Below are positions 9,823 to 19,457 of a DNA stretch of 64,000 nt, piece after piece. The stretch spans positions 1,360 to 65,359 of the forward strand of contig CAZQOV010000001.1 in the NCBI GenBank assembly GCA_964595055.1, in the 5' to 3' direction. A model generated the notes under the pieces. It was not told the origin of the DNA and did not search any database. It saw only the letters and a list, made by a program, of their open reading frames with translations. Source of the stretch: an uncultured Bacteroidaceae bacterium (GTDB lineage Bacteria > Bacteroidota > Bacteroidia > Bacteroidales > GCA-2748055). Both the position numbers and the translations under genes were made by a program. Each line of letters opens with the position of its first letter. Position 1 is the first letter of the stretch.

Positions 9823-9961
9823 ATGAATTCTTTGGGTGGAACATTACAAAGAAAAAATTATGGAAATAATCTTAATATGTCATTCAACACCAAATATTCA
9901 ATTTCCTGTTTGCTAATTTTCTGTTCCGGTAAGAATTCATGCAAAAAATCACAATTTTTGC

Positions 9962-9969
9962 TAGTTTTG
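9962..9969 (+). promoter_or_regulatory. Bacteroidota -7 promoter box (TAGTTTTG) upstream of the MFS gene
   Basis: Exact TAnnTTTG match, 24 nt upstream of the TTG start at 9994. Confidence 0.4.
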
Positions 9970-9993
9970 CGGGTTAAAACCAATATCTAAATT

Positions 9994-11187
9994 TTGTTGC
10001 TGAATTCTTCCATCCAGGGGAATATTATTAAACTCTATCTGATAAAGATTGCCAAATGGTTTATGCTTTTTATGCCCATTATCGTACCTTTCTATATGGC
10101 AAACGATCTGGGCATGAAAGATGTGCTATTGTTGCAGGGTATATATTCCATCACCATTGTTCTGCTGGAAATTCCATCAGGGTATTTTGCCGATGTATTA
10201 GGGAGAAGAAAAACGCTCATCCTGGGTTCATTCTTTGGCTTTTTCGGATTTCTCACCTATTCTCTCGGAAATGGCTTCTGGATGTTTCTACTGGCTGAAA
10301 TTATCCTGGGATTCGGACAAAGCATGATATCGGGAGCGGATTCTGCTATGCTTTATGACAGCCTGGCAGAAATGAAAAGAGAGAAGGAGTATATGAAATA
10401 CGAAGGCAGGATTACCTCACTGGGAAATATAGCTGAAGCAGTTGCTGGCACCCTTGGCGGACTGCTTGCTGGAATTAGCCTGAGAACTCCCTATATCAGC
10501 CAGACCATGGTTGCTCTGTTAGCCATACCTTCAGCTTTTCTTCTTATCGAACCCCTTAGACATAAAGCATTGACCGTAATGAAGTTTAAGGATGTATGGA
10601 ACATTGTCCATTATTCTCTCTTTAAAAACAAAGAACTTCAAAGGAATATCCTTTTTTCTTCATTAATAGGCACTGCAACCTTAACCATGGCCTGGTTTGT
10701 GCAACCGGTTTTCCTTGAGTTGAACTTAGCCATTGAGTTATTCGGGCTTTTATGGACAGCATTAAACCTTTTGGTGGGAATAACAGCTATTTTTGCACAT
10801 AAAATTGAACATAAATTGGGAAAAACCTTTACCATTATCAGCATTGCTATTCTGGTTCCTGCCGGTTACCTTGCGCTGGGTTTCACACTAAGCTATATGG
10901 CTATTGGAATTCTGGCGATTTTCTATATGGTAAGAGGATTTGCTACTCCGGTTTTGAAAGATTATATAAATATAATCTCAGAAGCCAATATCAGGGCCAC
11001 CATTCTCTCAGTAAGAAACTTTATTATTCGATTAAATTTTGTACTTATCGCTCCTTTTTTGGGATGGTATACAGATAACTATACTTTAAAACAAGCTTTT
11101 TTTCTGGCAGGCATAATCTTCTTCTCCCTGTCAATTTTTACTGTAATTCTATTTCTAAAATCATTGAAAACAGAAGTCAAAATGTAA
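9994..11187 (+). CDS. MFS transporter
   Basis: 397-aa ORF with about 12 hydrophobic segments and the MFS loop signature GYFADVLGRRKTLILG. The start codon is uncertain (TTG at 9994, or in-frame ATG at 10063). Confidence 0.85.
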   Translation: MLLNSSIQGNIIKLYLIKIAKWFMLFMPIIVPFYMANDLGMKDVLLLQGIYSITIVLLEIPSGYFADVLGRRKTLILGSFFGFFGFLTYSLGNGFWMFLLAEIILGFGQSMISGADSAMLYDSLAEMKREKEYMKYEGRITSLGNIAEAVAGTLGGLLAGISLRTPYISQTMVALLAIPSAFLLIEPLRHKALTVMKFKDVWNIVHYSLFKNKELQRNILFSSLIGTATLTMAWFVQPVFLELNLAIELFGLLWTALNLLVGITAIFAHKIEHKLGKTFTIISIAILVPAGYLALGFTLSYMAIGILAIFYMVRGFATPVLKDYINIISEANIRATILSVRNFIIRLNFVLIAPFLGWYTDNYTLKQAFFLAGIIFFSLSIFTVILFLKSLKTEVKM

Positions 11188-11938
11188 AACTCAGTCCATC
11201 GTAAGCCGGCTGAACATGATCCGGCAGTTCGCTCTCAAGTTGTTTATGTGGTCCCATCAGGTGACTGATATGGGTTAGGTAAGCTCTTTTTGGACTAATT
11301 TCTCTTATCAGATCAAGGGCCTCTGAAAGGGTGAAGTGAGACATGTGTTTTTCTCTTCTTAACGAATTAACAATAAAGTATTTAACACCATATAATTTCT
11401 CTTTTTCTTCTTCTGAAATAAAATTAGCATCTGTAATGTAAGCCAACTCACCGATACGAAATCCAAGAACCGGCAAACGATAATGCATAACCCGAATGGG
11501 AAGAATCTTTAATTCCCCAATATGAAATTCCTGGTTATCGATTATATGTATATTTACCTGTGGAGCACCGGGGTATTTCTTTTCAGCAAAAATATAGGGA
11601 TACTGATACTTCAAAGCATTTAAAACTCGATCTTCGGTATAAATCTCCATAGCTTTCTTTTGCCTGAAATTATATGCCCTGATATCATCAAGCCCTGCGA
11701 TATGATCACGATGTTCATGAGTGAATAAAACAGCATCCAGTTTTTTTACATGGAGATTTAGCATTTGTTGTCTGAAATCCGGACCGGTATCAATGACGAT
11801 ATTCGCGGAAGAAGTTTCGATCAGAACTGAAGTCCTCAATCTCTTATCTCTGGGATCATCTGAACGGCATGTCTCGCATTCGCAGGCTATTACCGGCACT
11901 CCCTGAGAGGTCCCTGTACCAAGAAAATTAATCTTCAA
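11177..11938 (-). CDS. MBL-fold metallo-hydrolase (PhnP-like)
   Basis: Contains HEHRDHIAG (HxHxDH) and an N-terminal FLGTGTSQGVP..CECETC segment. It converges on and overlaps the MFS gene by 11 nt. Confidence 0.85.
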   Translation of the reverse strand: MKINFLGTGTSQGVPVIACECETCRSDDPRDKRLRTSVLIETSSANIVIDTGPDFRQQMLNLHVKKLDAVLFTHEHRDHIAGLDDIRAYNFRQKKAMEIYTEDRVLNALKYQYPYIFAEKKYPGAPQVNIHIIDNQEFHIGELKILPIRVMHYRLPVLGFRIGELAYITDANFISEEEKEKLYGVKYFIVNSLRREKHMSHFTLSEALDLIREISPKRAYLTHISHLMGPHKQLESELPDHVQPAYDGLSFTF

Positions 11939-12092
11939 TTTTAATTCTTTTGCAGGCGAAATTAATAAGATTCATGGAAAGAAACAGTTTCCATCCGATT
12001 TTTTATATCATAGAATCAATTATCCATTGCATTTTTATATCCCTGAGCAGATGAATTCGGGTGAAAAATCTGAGATTCTTTATTTTTGCTTT

Positions 12093-12100
12093 TATCTTTG
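12093..12100 (+). promoter_or_regulatory. Bacteroidota -7 promoter box (TATCTTTG)
   Basis: Exact TAnnTTTG match, 29 nt upstream of the ATG at 12130 and inside the N-terminal extension of the track ORF. Confidence 0.45.
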
Positions 12101-12129
12101 TACCATTTTCCCGCAATAGATGGCAAATA

Positions 12130-12831
12130 ATGAAAGGTAAAATATATCTTATTCCGAACACTTTAGGTGGTGAGAATCCCAATGATGTTATCCCAACAGG
12201 TGTATTGGAAATTTTACGGGATCTTGATCATTTTATCGTTGAAAACGAAAAAAGTGCAAGACGTTTTCTCATCAAATGCGGGTATCAGAAGCCGATTGAT
12301 GATCTTAGTTTTTTTGTATTGAATAAACACACTTCCAAAGAAGAAATAAATACTTTTCTTCATCCATGTCTGAATGGCCAGGATATGGGAATTATTTCTG
12401 AAGCGGGTGTCCCCGGAGTGGCAGATCCGGGGTCAGACATTGTAGCCATGGCACATAAAGCAAAAATCACTGTGGTCCCGCTTTCCGGTCCTTCTTCGAT
12501 TATTCTTGCACTGATGGCTTCAGGTATGAATGGTCAACATTTCTGTTTTCATGGCTACCTCCCTGTCAAACCACACGAAAGAAAGAGCAAGATCAGGCAG
12601 TTGGAGGCTGAAGCCAAAAGAACGGGATTTACTCAGATATTTATTGAAACACCGTATCGAAATAATGCAGTATTCGAATCACTAAAAGAAACTTGCCGGC
12701 CAGATACTTCTTTATGCATTGCCTGCGATATAACAATGCCTACTGAATTCATCAAAACCCTAACCATCAGAGAGTGGAAAAAAGAAAGGGTCGATTTGAA
12801 AAAACGACCTTCTATATTTTTACTATCCTGA
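12130..12831 (+). CDS. SAM-dependent methyltransferase, tetrapyrrole-methylase fold (RsmI-related)
   Basis: MKGKIYLIPNTLGG..IISEAGVPGVADPGSDIV..PLSGPSSIILALMASG is typical of the TP_methylase/RsmI-like fold. I moved the start from 12061 to the ATG at 12130 because of the promoter box. Confidence 0.82.
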   Translation: MKGKIYLIPNTLGGENPNDVIPTGVLEILRDLDHFIVENEKSARRFLIKCGYQKPIDDLSFFVLNKHTSKEEINTFLHPCLNGQDMGIISEAGVPGVADPGSDIVAMAHKAKITVVPLSGPSSIILALMASGMNGQHFCFHGYLPVKPHERKSKIRQLEAEAKRTGFTQIFIETPYRNNAVFESLKETCRPDTSLCIACDITMPTEFIKTLTIREWKKERVDLKKRPSIFLLS

Positions 12832-12837
12832 TTTTCT

Positions 12838-13770
12838 CTATTTTGCGGTAAGCAATTCAACATCATAGACCAGTGTGGAATAAGGGGGAATGGGTTTTTT
12901 CCCGACTCCTTCATAATAAATCTTGCCTTCTTTACCATAACCAAGATCAGAAGGTACGATTAACCGGGATTTTCCTTTCTCCTTCATATAACTCACCCCC
13001 TCGGCAAGTCCTATTGGAACTTCATAGTAATACTGGCCAAGCTGGAAAGAATAGACCTCTTCATCAAGGAATTTTCTGCCATCTAAAAGATAACCCTTTA
13101 CATTAATGCTTACATAGAAATTATTCCTGGCAGAGTCTCCTTCGCCTTCTTCAATTTCTACATATAATAATCCGCTTTCCATAGTATCCAGATTGCTGAA
13201 ATTATGAGTGGCCAAATACTCACTAAGCTTTTCTTTTTCATGTTCTACCGGATCTTCAATTACCTCGACTAACTCCACCACAATTTTAAGAGGTTCGTAA
13301 GGATTAATCAAACCTGTTCGCTGTTTTCCAAAACCCAGATCGGACTTAAACAGAAGGGTTGCCTTTCCTCCTTCCTTCATCATGGTTAATCCTTCATCCA
13401 AAGCTTTTATATTCCTGCCCATTGGATTTTTGGAAGGACCGTAAATTAAGTTAGAATCGTAAATGCCATACTCAATGGCTTTTTCTTTTTCTGAGGTATA
13501 TATTAATTGTTCCCCATGGATTAGATAAAGATCATAATTAATTAAAACCCAATCATCCATGGCTGGAGTGGCTCCGGTCCCTTCTGTTTCCTGAATGAAA
13601 TATAACCCGCTTTCCGTAGGCTCAACAGAAATATTATTATTTTCCAGGTAGGCATTAAGTATGCGTTCCTCCAACGCAATTAGTTCTGAATCGTCCTCTT
13701 TCTGACAAGAAATTATACCTGTCATTAAAGCGAATGTTAAAATAATAATTCCTTGGGTTTTCATATTCAT
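12838..13770 (-). CDS. FKBP-type peptidyl-prolyl isomerase lipoprotein (two FKBP domains)
   Basis: Lipoprotein signal MNMKTQGIIILTFALMTGIISC. There are two FKBP-like modules (..GGKATLLFKSDLGFG.., ..KGKSRLIVPSDLGYG..YSTLVYDVELL). Confidence 0.87.
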   Translation of the reverse strand: MNMKTQGIIILTFALMTGIISCQKEDDSELIALEERILNAYLENNNISVEPTESGLYFIQETEGTGATPAMDDWVLINYDLYLIHGEQLIYTSEKEKAIEYGIYDSNLIYGPSKNPMGRNIKALDEGLTMMKEGGKATLLFKSDLGFGKQRTGLINPYEPLKIVVELVEVIEDPVEHEKEKLSEYLATHNFSNLDTMESGLLYVEIEEGEGDSARNNFYVSINVKGYLLDGRKFLDEEVYSFQLGQYYYEVPIGLAEGVSYMKEKGKSRLIVPSDLGYGKEGKIYYEGVGKKPIPPYSTLVYDVELLTAK

Positions 13771-13874
13771 AAATTATTTAGATATAAAACGATAAGCCGG
13801 AAGGTTTATTTTTTCCGTTAACATGCAGATGCAAATTTAAACAAAAACGTTGCCTGGAATTTCATTTTTATTCT

Positions 13875-14798
13875 TTATTTTACCTTGATAACCTCAATGA
13901 GGTATATCATAGCGGTATAGGGAGGCACTATTCCAAAAGCAGAACCAGAAGGTCCAAAACCCAGTTCGGAGGGAATAAGCACCATCGCTTTCCCTCCCTC
14001 ACGCATCCTGCCCACTGCATACTCCAGTCCTTTTATCAAATACATTTCATTCCCATAGATAAAGTCTAGCGGGACATTCCGCCTTTTGGAACTATCAATA
14101 AATTCTCCGTTCAGGAATTTCCCCTCATAATGTATCCAGATGTGCTTCCCTTTTTCAACGGGTGGGCCGGTTCCCTTCTCCCAACTCAAGAAATAAATCC
14201 CATTGGATTCAAGCTCTATATCAATTTGATTTTCATTAAGGTACCGACTTATACGATCAATTTCAGAAAGCTGAAACTCCTCAACCCATTTCAGAAACAT
14301 AGCTTTCTCTTTTTCAAAATCTTCAGGAGTTTGAACGTTTTGAATTCGCACATTAATTTTTATCTTTTCCTCCTCCTTTAGAAAATCGGGGATTTCACGA
14401 CCAAGGGTATAATTGAAGAATTTTTCAGCATTGAGAATCAAAGCTGCACTATCACCTTTGGATAATTGCATTAGTGCAGTATTTACCGAACCTTCATATG
14501 GACTACTTTCAAGCTTTAGCATTCTTCTGGCTTTAAAAAAAACCGAATCGTCCATGGTCGCATAATTTATATCAAGAAGGATGAAATCACCGGTGTTGGC
14601 AGGCTTTTCCTCTTCTCCTATTTCTATTAAATTCATGTACAAACCAGATTCAAGTTTTGAATATCCCGGATGGGGTGAGAAATTGCAGGTCCAGAAGAAT
14701 AATCCAAAAAAAACAAAAACGGAGGGAACTAATTTTCCGGGACTCCGTATTAGAGCCAGCTTTTTCAGGTCCTGATTAAATTGATCCCTTATCTTCAT
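13875..14798 (-). CDS. FKBP-type peptidyl-prolyl isomerase
   Basis: C-terminal FKBP domain GKHIWIHYEGKFLNGEFIDSS..GGKAMVLIPSELGFG..PPYTAMIYLIEVIKV. I set the start to the ATG at 14798; the track start at 14819 is TTG and overlaps the upstream gene. Confidence 0.85.
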   Translation of the reverse strand: MKIRDQFNQDLKKLALIRSPGKLVPSVFVFFGLFFWTCNFSPHPGYSKLESGLYMNLIEIGEEEKPANTGDFILLDINYATMDDSVFFKARRMLKLESSPYEGSVNTALMQLSKGDSAALILNAEKFFNYTLGREIPDFLKEEEKIKINVRIQNVQTPEDFEKEKAMFLKWVEEFQLSEIDRISRYLNENQIDIELESNGIYFLSWEKGTGPPVEKGKHIWIHYEGKFLNGEFIDSSKRRNVPLDFIYGNEMYLIKGLEYAVGRMREGGKAMVLIPSELGFGPSGSAFGIVPPYTAMIYLIEVIKVK

Positions 14799-14799
14799 T

Positions 14800-15333
14800 T
14801 CATCTGGATTGAAGATCAAGCACTTTCAGTTTATAAAAAAGAATAGCATCAGGAGGAATACCTATTTCCGGATTACCGAAATTTCCATAGGCAAGATGAG
14901 GGGGTAAGATCAGCTTTGCCCGGGTACCTTCTTTAAAAAGCATAACAGCTTCTTCGAGACCCGATTCTACTCCTCCCTGTCCAACAGTAAACTCAAGAAC
15001 TCCATCATTTTCCGAAGATGAAATAAATGTTCCGTCTATCAAATACATTTCATAGTCCATCCGGATATAATCGCCCTCTCTGATTTGTGAACCACTACCG
15101 GAATTTTCAAGTTGATACCAGAGTCCAGATCCGGTTTTCTTCATATCCCAAGCTGCCCGCCGAACGAATCCTTCAATATGATCGCGATTTCGTTTCAGGA
15201 TGTATTTATTGACCTCAAAGATGGCTTTTCCGATTTCTCCTTCTGTGGGCAAATCTATTGCTCTTTTTGGAGTTCTTTCCTGGCACGAAATTAAGAAAAT
15301 CAAAATTAAAAGGTGAAAAATATAAATTCTCAT
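14800..15333 (-). CDS. FKBP-type peptidyl-prolyl isomerase lipoprotein
   Basis: Lipobox LISC and FKBP domain GDYIRMDYEMYLIDGTFISSS..GTRAKLILPPHLAYG..AILFYKLKVL. There is a 4-nt ATGA overlap with the upstream nrnA-like gene. Confidence 0.87.
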   Translation of the reverse strand: MRIYIFHLLILIFLISCQERTPKRAIDLPTEGEIGKAIFEVNKYILKRNRDHIEGFVRRAAWDMKKTGSGLWYQLENSGSGSQIREGDYIRMDYEMYLIDGTFISSSENDGVLEFTVGQGGVESGLEEAVMLFKEGTRAKLILPPHLAYGNFGNPEIGIPPDAILFYKLKVLDLQSR

Positions 15334-16349
15334 TTCAATTCTTCTTTGTAATGGTTCAGGATGCTTTTAAATTCTTCAATCGCTTTATCAAGTGACATTC
15401 GCAATTCTCCACCGGCAGCATTTTTATGCCCCCCTCCATTTAGATATTTTCTTGACATTTCATTCACGGAAAAACTACCCCTCGAACGAAGGGATATTCG
15501 AATGTGATCTTTTTTCTCAAGAAAAAGGGCAGTTAATTTGATTCCCCGAATTGAAAAAGGCAAATTTACAAATCCTTCTGTGTCTCCGGGTTCATGGTCA
15601 AATCGGTCCATTTCCTCTTTTGAAAGACTGATAATCGCCGTATTATATTCCTCAAAAATTTGCATATTTTTATACAGGCAATATCCCATTAACCGCATTC
15701 GTTTTTCCGAATAATTATCATAAACCTTTGCGTAAATTTCATCTTTATCTATTCCTTTCTTCAGCAATTCCGCCACCATTTTCCAAACCATGGGATAAGA
15801 AGAGGCAAAACTGAAATTCCCTGTATCCGTCATAACTCCCGTATAAAGATTTTCTGCAATGGATTTGTCTATCAGATGTTCATATCCCATATCCTTAATG
15901 AGGTAATAGACAATTTCAGCTGAAGAACCCAGAGCCGGATCCGAAATCACCAGGTCGGTAAAGTTTGAAGGATCTGGATGATGGTCAATAAGAACTTTAA
16001 AGGACGAACTATTCACAACAATTTTCTCTGCTTGTTCTAACCTTCCACTATCACTGAAATCAATGCATATGATAAGATCAGCATCAGAAATGCGTTTTTC
16101 TACTTCCTTTTTTTTTCGAAAATGAACCAATATATCTTCAGAACCTGACATCCAGTGAAGAAATTTAGGAAAGTCATTTGGGGTAACTATGTTTACCTCC
16201 TTACCTAACTTTTTGATGATACCTGCCATCGCAAGGGTAGAACCTATTGCATCTCCATCGGGATTTACATGTGTTATGATTATTATTCTATCACTCTTGG
16301 CCAGTTTATCACTGAGAAATCGGGATTTTTGATATTTCATTTCCTCCAA
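15330..16349 (-). CDS. nrnA: DHH/DHHA1 phosphoesterase (NrnA-type oligoribonuclease / pAp phosphatase)
   Basis: DHH motifs ITHVNPDGDAIGS and IDHHPD, plus the DHHA1 motif LNGGGHKNAAGG. Confidence 0.85.
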   Translation of the reverse strand: MEEMKYQKSRFLSDKLAKSDRIIIITHVNPDGDAIGSTLAMAGIIKKLGKEVNIVTPNDFPKFLHWMSGSEDILVHFRKKKEVEKRISDADLIICIDFSDSGRLEQAEKIVVNSSSFKVLIDHHPDPSNFTDLVISDPALGSSAEIVYYLIKDMGYEHLIDKSIAENLYTGVMTDTGNFSFASSYPMVWKMVAELLKKGIDKDEIYAKVYDNYSEKRMRLMGYCLYKNMQIFEEYNTAIISLSKEEMDRFDHEPGDTEGFVNLPFSIRGIKLTALFLEKKDHIRISLRSRGSFSVNEMSRKYLNGGGHKNAAGGELRMSLDKAIEEFKSILNHYKEELK

Positions 16350-16664
16350 AAGATATTTTTTCGATTAGCAATTATTAAGCAAAGTAGTGATATTTATTTT
16401 AAACATAAATTAAACAACTTTTTTTAAAAACTTTAATGTAACCCCTTAATTAAATTTACAGTAAAACGATAAATCAGTTAATTTGTTAAACCAATCCCTA
16501 TTCTCATTGTTTAAAATTTCGTTTATAAAGAATAAATCTTTTTGCCAGAAATTAAAATTTCATTCGCGATTTACTTATATTTAAGGGGCAAAGGTACACT
16601 GTCAAAAGGAATAAAAGACTCTTTGCCCTAAATTATGTATGATATTTCCTAAAAAAACAAATCA

Positions 16665-17108
16665 ATGAAAGGAAAAATTACCTTAACCATTATCAAACCC
16701 GGTGCTGTTCAATCTGAATATATTGGACCTATACTAAACATGATTTATGAAAACGAGTTTCATATTGCGGCGATGAAATTGACGCGATTAACAAGAAGAC
16801 AAGCGGAATTATTTTACGCAGTACATGATGGAAAACCTTTTTACCCGGGATTGATTGACTTTATGACCTCCGGTCCCATTGTTGTAGCTATTCTTGAAAA
16901 AGATAATGCGGTTGAAGATTACCGCAAACTTATTGGATCCACTGATCCTGAGAAAGCAGAAGAAGGAACCATCAGAAAATTATTTGCAGAGTCTATGCAA
17001 AAAAATGCAGTGCATGGTTCCGACAGTGATGAAACAGCGGGTAAAGAATGTGATTTTTTCTTTTCCCAGATTGAAAGATTTTATAAGGCAGAAGAATGTT
17101 GTGGTTAA
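16665..17108 (+). CDS. ndk: nucleoside-diphosphate kinase
   Basis: 147-aa ORF with TLTIIKPGAV..GPIVVAILE..NAVHGSDS (active-site His context). Confidence 0.95.
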   Translation: MKGKITLTIIKPGAVQSEYIGPILNMIYENEFHIAAMKLTRLTRRQAELFYAVHDGKPFYPGLIDFMTSGPIVVAILEKDNAVEDYRKLIGSTDPEKAEEGTIRKLFAESMQKNAVHGSDSDETAGKECDFFFSQIERFYKAEECCG

Positions 17109-17117
17109 AAGAAAAGG

Positions 17118-17408
17118 CTATCGGACTACGATTTTGTCAATCACCTTTTTGCCAACTTTTTCATTCAGTCGTTTAACAAGATCCCCTCTTATCATCATTA
17201 TTTCGTGTTTCACAACCGATGAGGTGATCTGCACAAAAAGCACCTGTTCCTTGATATACATATGACGGGTAGCCTTTGCAATGCTTTTTCCCAGAAGTTC
17301 TTCCCAATTATTCATTAACCTGTTTTCATACAGTTTATCCTCCAAACCTTGCTGTTTTAATAAGGAGGCTATAATCTCTGATATGTTTAATGTTTCGCTT
17401 CGTCTCAT
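17118..17408 (-). CDS. DUF721 (DciA-like) domain protein
   Basis: 96-aa ORF. ..NWEELLGKSIAKATRHMYIKEQVLFVQITSSVVKHEIMM.. fits the DUF721 pattern. It has a 4-nt overlap with the recF stop. Confidence 0.72.
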   Translation of the reverse strand: MRRSETLNISEIIASLLKQQGLEDKLYENRLMNNWEELLGKSIAKATRHMYIKEQVLFVQITSSVVKHEIMMIRGDLVKRLNEKVGKKVIDKIVVR

Positions 17409-18514
17409 GTTCGGTAATTTATTTTGTCTCCATCAATAGTAAATACCCGGTTTTCAATTCCCAGTTGTCCAAGAATACTGATCATTCGTTCTTCATCAGT
17501 ATCGGTGATGAAAATCTGACCAAAGTTATTTTCCGATACAAGACGAACAATTTGTTTTACCCTCTCACTGTCAAATTTATCGAAAACATCATCAAGAAGC
17601 AGAATAGGATTTTTTCCTGACACCTGTCGTATAAACTCAAACTTGCCCAGTTTTAGTGCTAGTTGAAAAGTTTTTTGTTGTCCCTGAGACCCAACTTTTT
17701 TTAATGGGTATCCCGCCAGTTTCATACTCAAATCATCCCTATGGATGCCGGAAGTAGTATATTGAAGAATTCTGTCCTTTTGTAAATGTTTTTTTAGCAA
17801 TAGAGAAAAATCATTATTGAGGAGCTGACTGCGGTATTCCAGGGTAACATCTTCTTTTTCAAGTGAAATATACTTGTAGAAGCGTTCAAATACCGGAATT
17901 AATTCGGCAACGAATTCTTTTCTTTTTTCAAATATTTTTTTTCCAAATTCAACAATCTGATCATCATATACGTCCATCATGGTCATGTCCGGATTATTTT
18001 GATCGGCTATGTTTTTCAATAATTTATTCCTCTGGGATAATATCCTGTTGTAATTCAGGATATCATTCAGGTAAACCCTGTCATATTGAGCAATTACACC
18101 ATTTATGAATTTTCTGCGCTCTTCCCCGCCATCGATAATTAAACTGGTATCAGCCGGAGAAATCATCACCAGAGGAATAAGTCCGATATGTTCAGATAGC
18201 TTTTTGTATTCTTTTTTATTCCGACTGAAATTTTTTCTCTTACTTTTTTGAATCCCACAATAGATCGCTTCATTTTCCCCATCGATTTGATAATCTCCCT
18301 GGATGATGCTAAAATCTTCTTTATGCTTTATATTCTGGCTGTCTACTGCATTAAAATAACTCTTACACAAGGAAAGGTAATGTATCGCATCCAATAAATT
18401 GGTTTTTCCAACTCCATTGGGTCCGACGAAGCAATTTATGCGGGATGTAAAATCCAGTTCAACCTCCCCATAATTTTTAAAATTTACCAGGGATAATTTT
18501 TTCAAATACATCAT
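17405..18514 (-). CDS. recF: DNA replication and repair protein RecF
   Basis: Opens LKKLSLVNFKNY, with Walker A GPNGVGKTN, SGGQ-like GSQGQQKT and Walker B ILLLDDVFDKFD. Confidence 0.95.
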   Translation of the reverse strand: MMYLKKLSLVNFKNYGEVELDFTSRINCFVGPNGVGKTNLLDAIHYLSLCKSYFNAVDSQNIKHKEDFSIIQGDYQIDGENEAIYCGIQKSKRKNFSRNKKEYKKLSEHIGLIPLVMISPADTSLIIDGGEERRKFINGVIAQYDRVYLNDILNYNRILSQRNKLLKNIADQNNPDMTMMDVYDDQIVEFGKKIFEKRKEFVAELIPVFERFYKYISLEKEDVTLEYRSQLLNNDFSLLLKKHLQKDRILQYTTSGIHRDDLSMKLAGYPLKKVGSQGQQKTFQLALKLGKFEFIRQVSGKNPILLLDDVFDKFDSERVKQIVRLVSENNFGQIFITDTDEERMISILGQLGIENRVFTIDGDKINYRT

Positions 18515-18658
18515 TCAGATTTTATGTAAAGTTATTAAACCTACCTTAAATAATACCCAAAAGAATGCAAAAAGGATAAGGTTGATGAAAAATTCTATCT
18601 TATAAAGGATTTAACCCCTCTTTTTGTTTTATTATATGGAGCTTTAACAAAAAAAAAT

Positions 18659-18666
18659 TACATTTG
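18659..18666 (+). promoter_or_regulatory. Bacteroidota -7 promoter box (TACATTTG)
   Basis: Exact TAnnTTTG match, 40 nt upstream of the ATG at 18706. Confidence 0.45.
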
Positions 18667-18705
18667 CGGTTGATTTTTGAAAACGTAATTAATCTTACAT
18701 AGAAA

Positions 18706-19398
18706 ATGGCTAAAAAAGCAAATCAAAAAGAACCCGATAGTTTTGAAGGTATTGAAAGCGCATTAACCCGCACGGAACAATTCATTGAGGATAATTCGAA
18801 GGTTATCAGCTATATAATACTTGGAATCATAGCCCTTATACTTATTATTATGGGAACAAAGCGGTTTTATCTGAATCCCCTCGAAGAAGAAGCTTCAGAG
18901 CAGATGTTTATTGCTGAGAAATTTTTTGAGAGAGATTCTTTCAATCTCGCATTATACGGTTATGGCACCTATCCGGGTTTTATTCAGATAACAGAAGACT
19001 ATCGTCTTACAAAAACAGCTAATCTTGCCGAATATTACGCAGGCATTGCTCATCTTAAGGTTGGCAATTACGAAGAAGCCATAGACTTTTTACGGGGATT
19101 CAAGACCCGGGATCTTCTGCTTGGTGCAGCAAAATTTTCCTCCCTGGGAGATGCATATGTGGAATTGGGCGAATATGAATCGGCGGTGAAAGCCTATCAA
19201 AACGCTGTCTCTGATTACAAAAATGATTACAGCACCCCCATTATTCTCAAAAAAACTGCTCTGGTGTACGAGGAAATGGAGGAATATGACAGAGCAAATG
19301 AATATTACCGCAAAATCAAAACTGATTTTCCTGATTCAGAAGAAGCCCGTGATATTGAAAAATACATCGCCAGAACCGAGATGAAGGAGAATGGCTGA
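18706..19398 (+). CDS. membrane-anchored tetratricopeptide-repeat protein
   Basis: One TM segment (VISYIILGIIALILIIMG) followed by TPR-like repeats (AEYYAGIAHLKVGNYEEAIDFL, LGDAYVELGEYESAVKAYQNA, ALVYEEMEEYDRANEYYRKI). Confidence 0.8.
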   Translation: MAKKANQKEPDSFEGIESALTRTEQFIEDNSKVISYIILGIIALILIIMGTKRFYLNPLEEEASEQMFIAEKFFERDSFNLALYGYGTYPGFIQITEDYRLTKTANLAEYYAGIAHLKVGNYEEAIDFLRGFKTRDLLLGAAKFSSLGDAYVELGEYESAVKAYQNAVSDYKNDYSTPIILKKTALVYEEMEEYDRANEYYRKIKTDFPDSEEARDIEKYIARTEMKENG

Positions 19399-19457
19399 GT
19401 AAGTTTTTGAATATGCAAAATAACACAGGATCCCATATTCCCCAAAATAAAAGAAGG

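Noticed and set aside
16894-17265. 123-aa plus-strand ORF spanning the ndk 3' end and the DUF721 gene
   Set aside because: It overlaps two better-supported genes in other frames or on the other strand and has no recognisable features.
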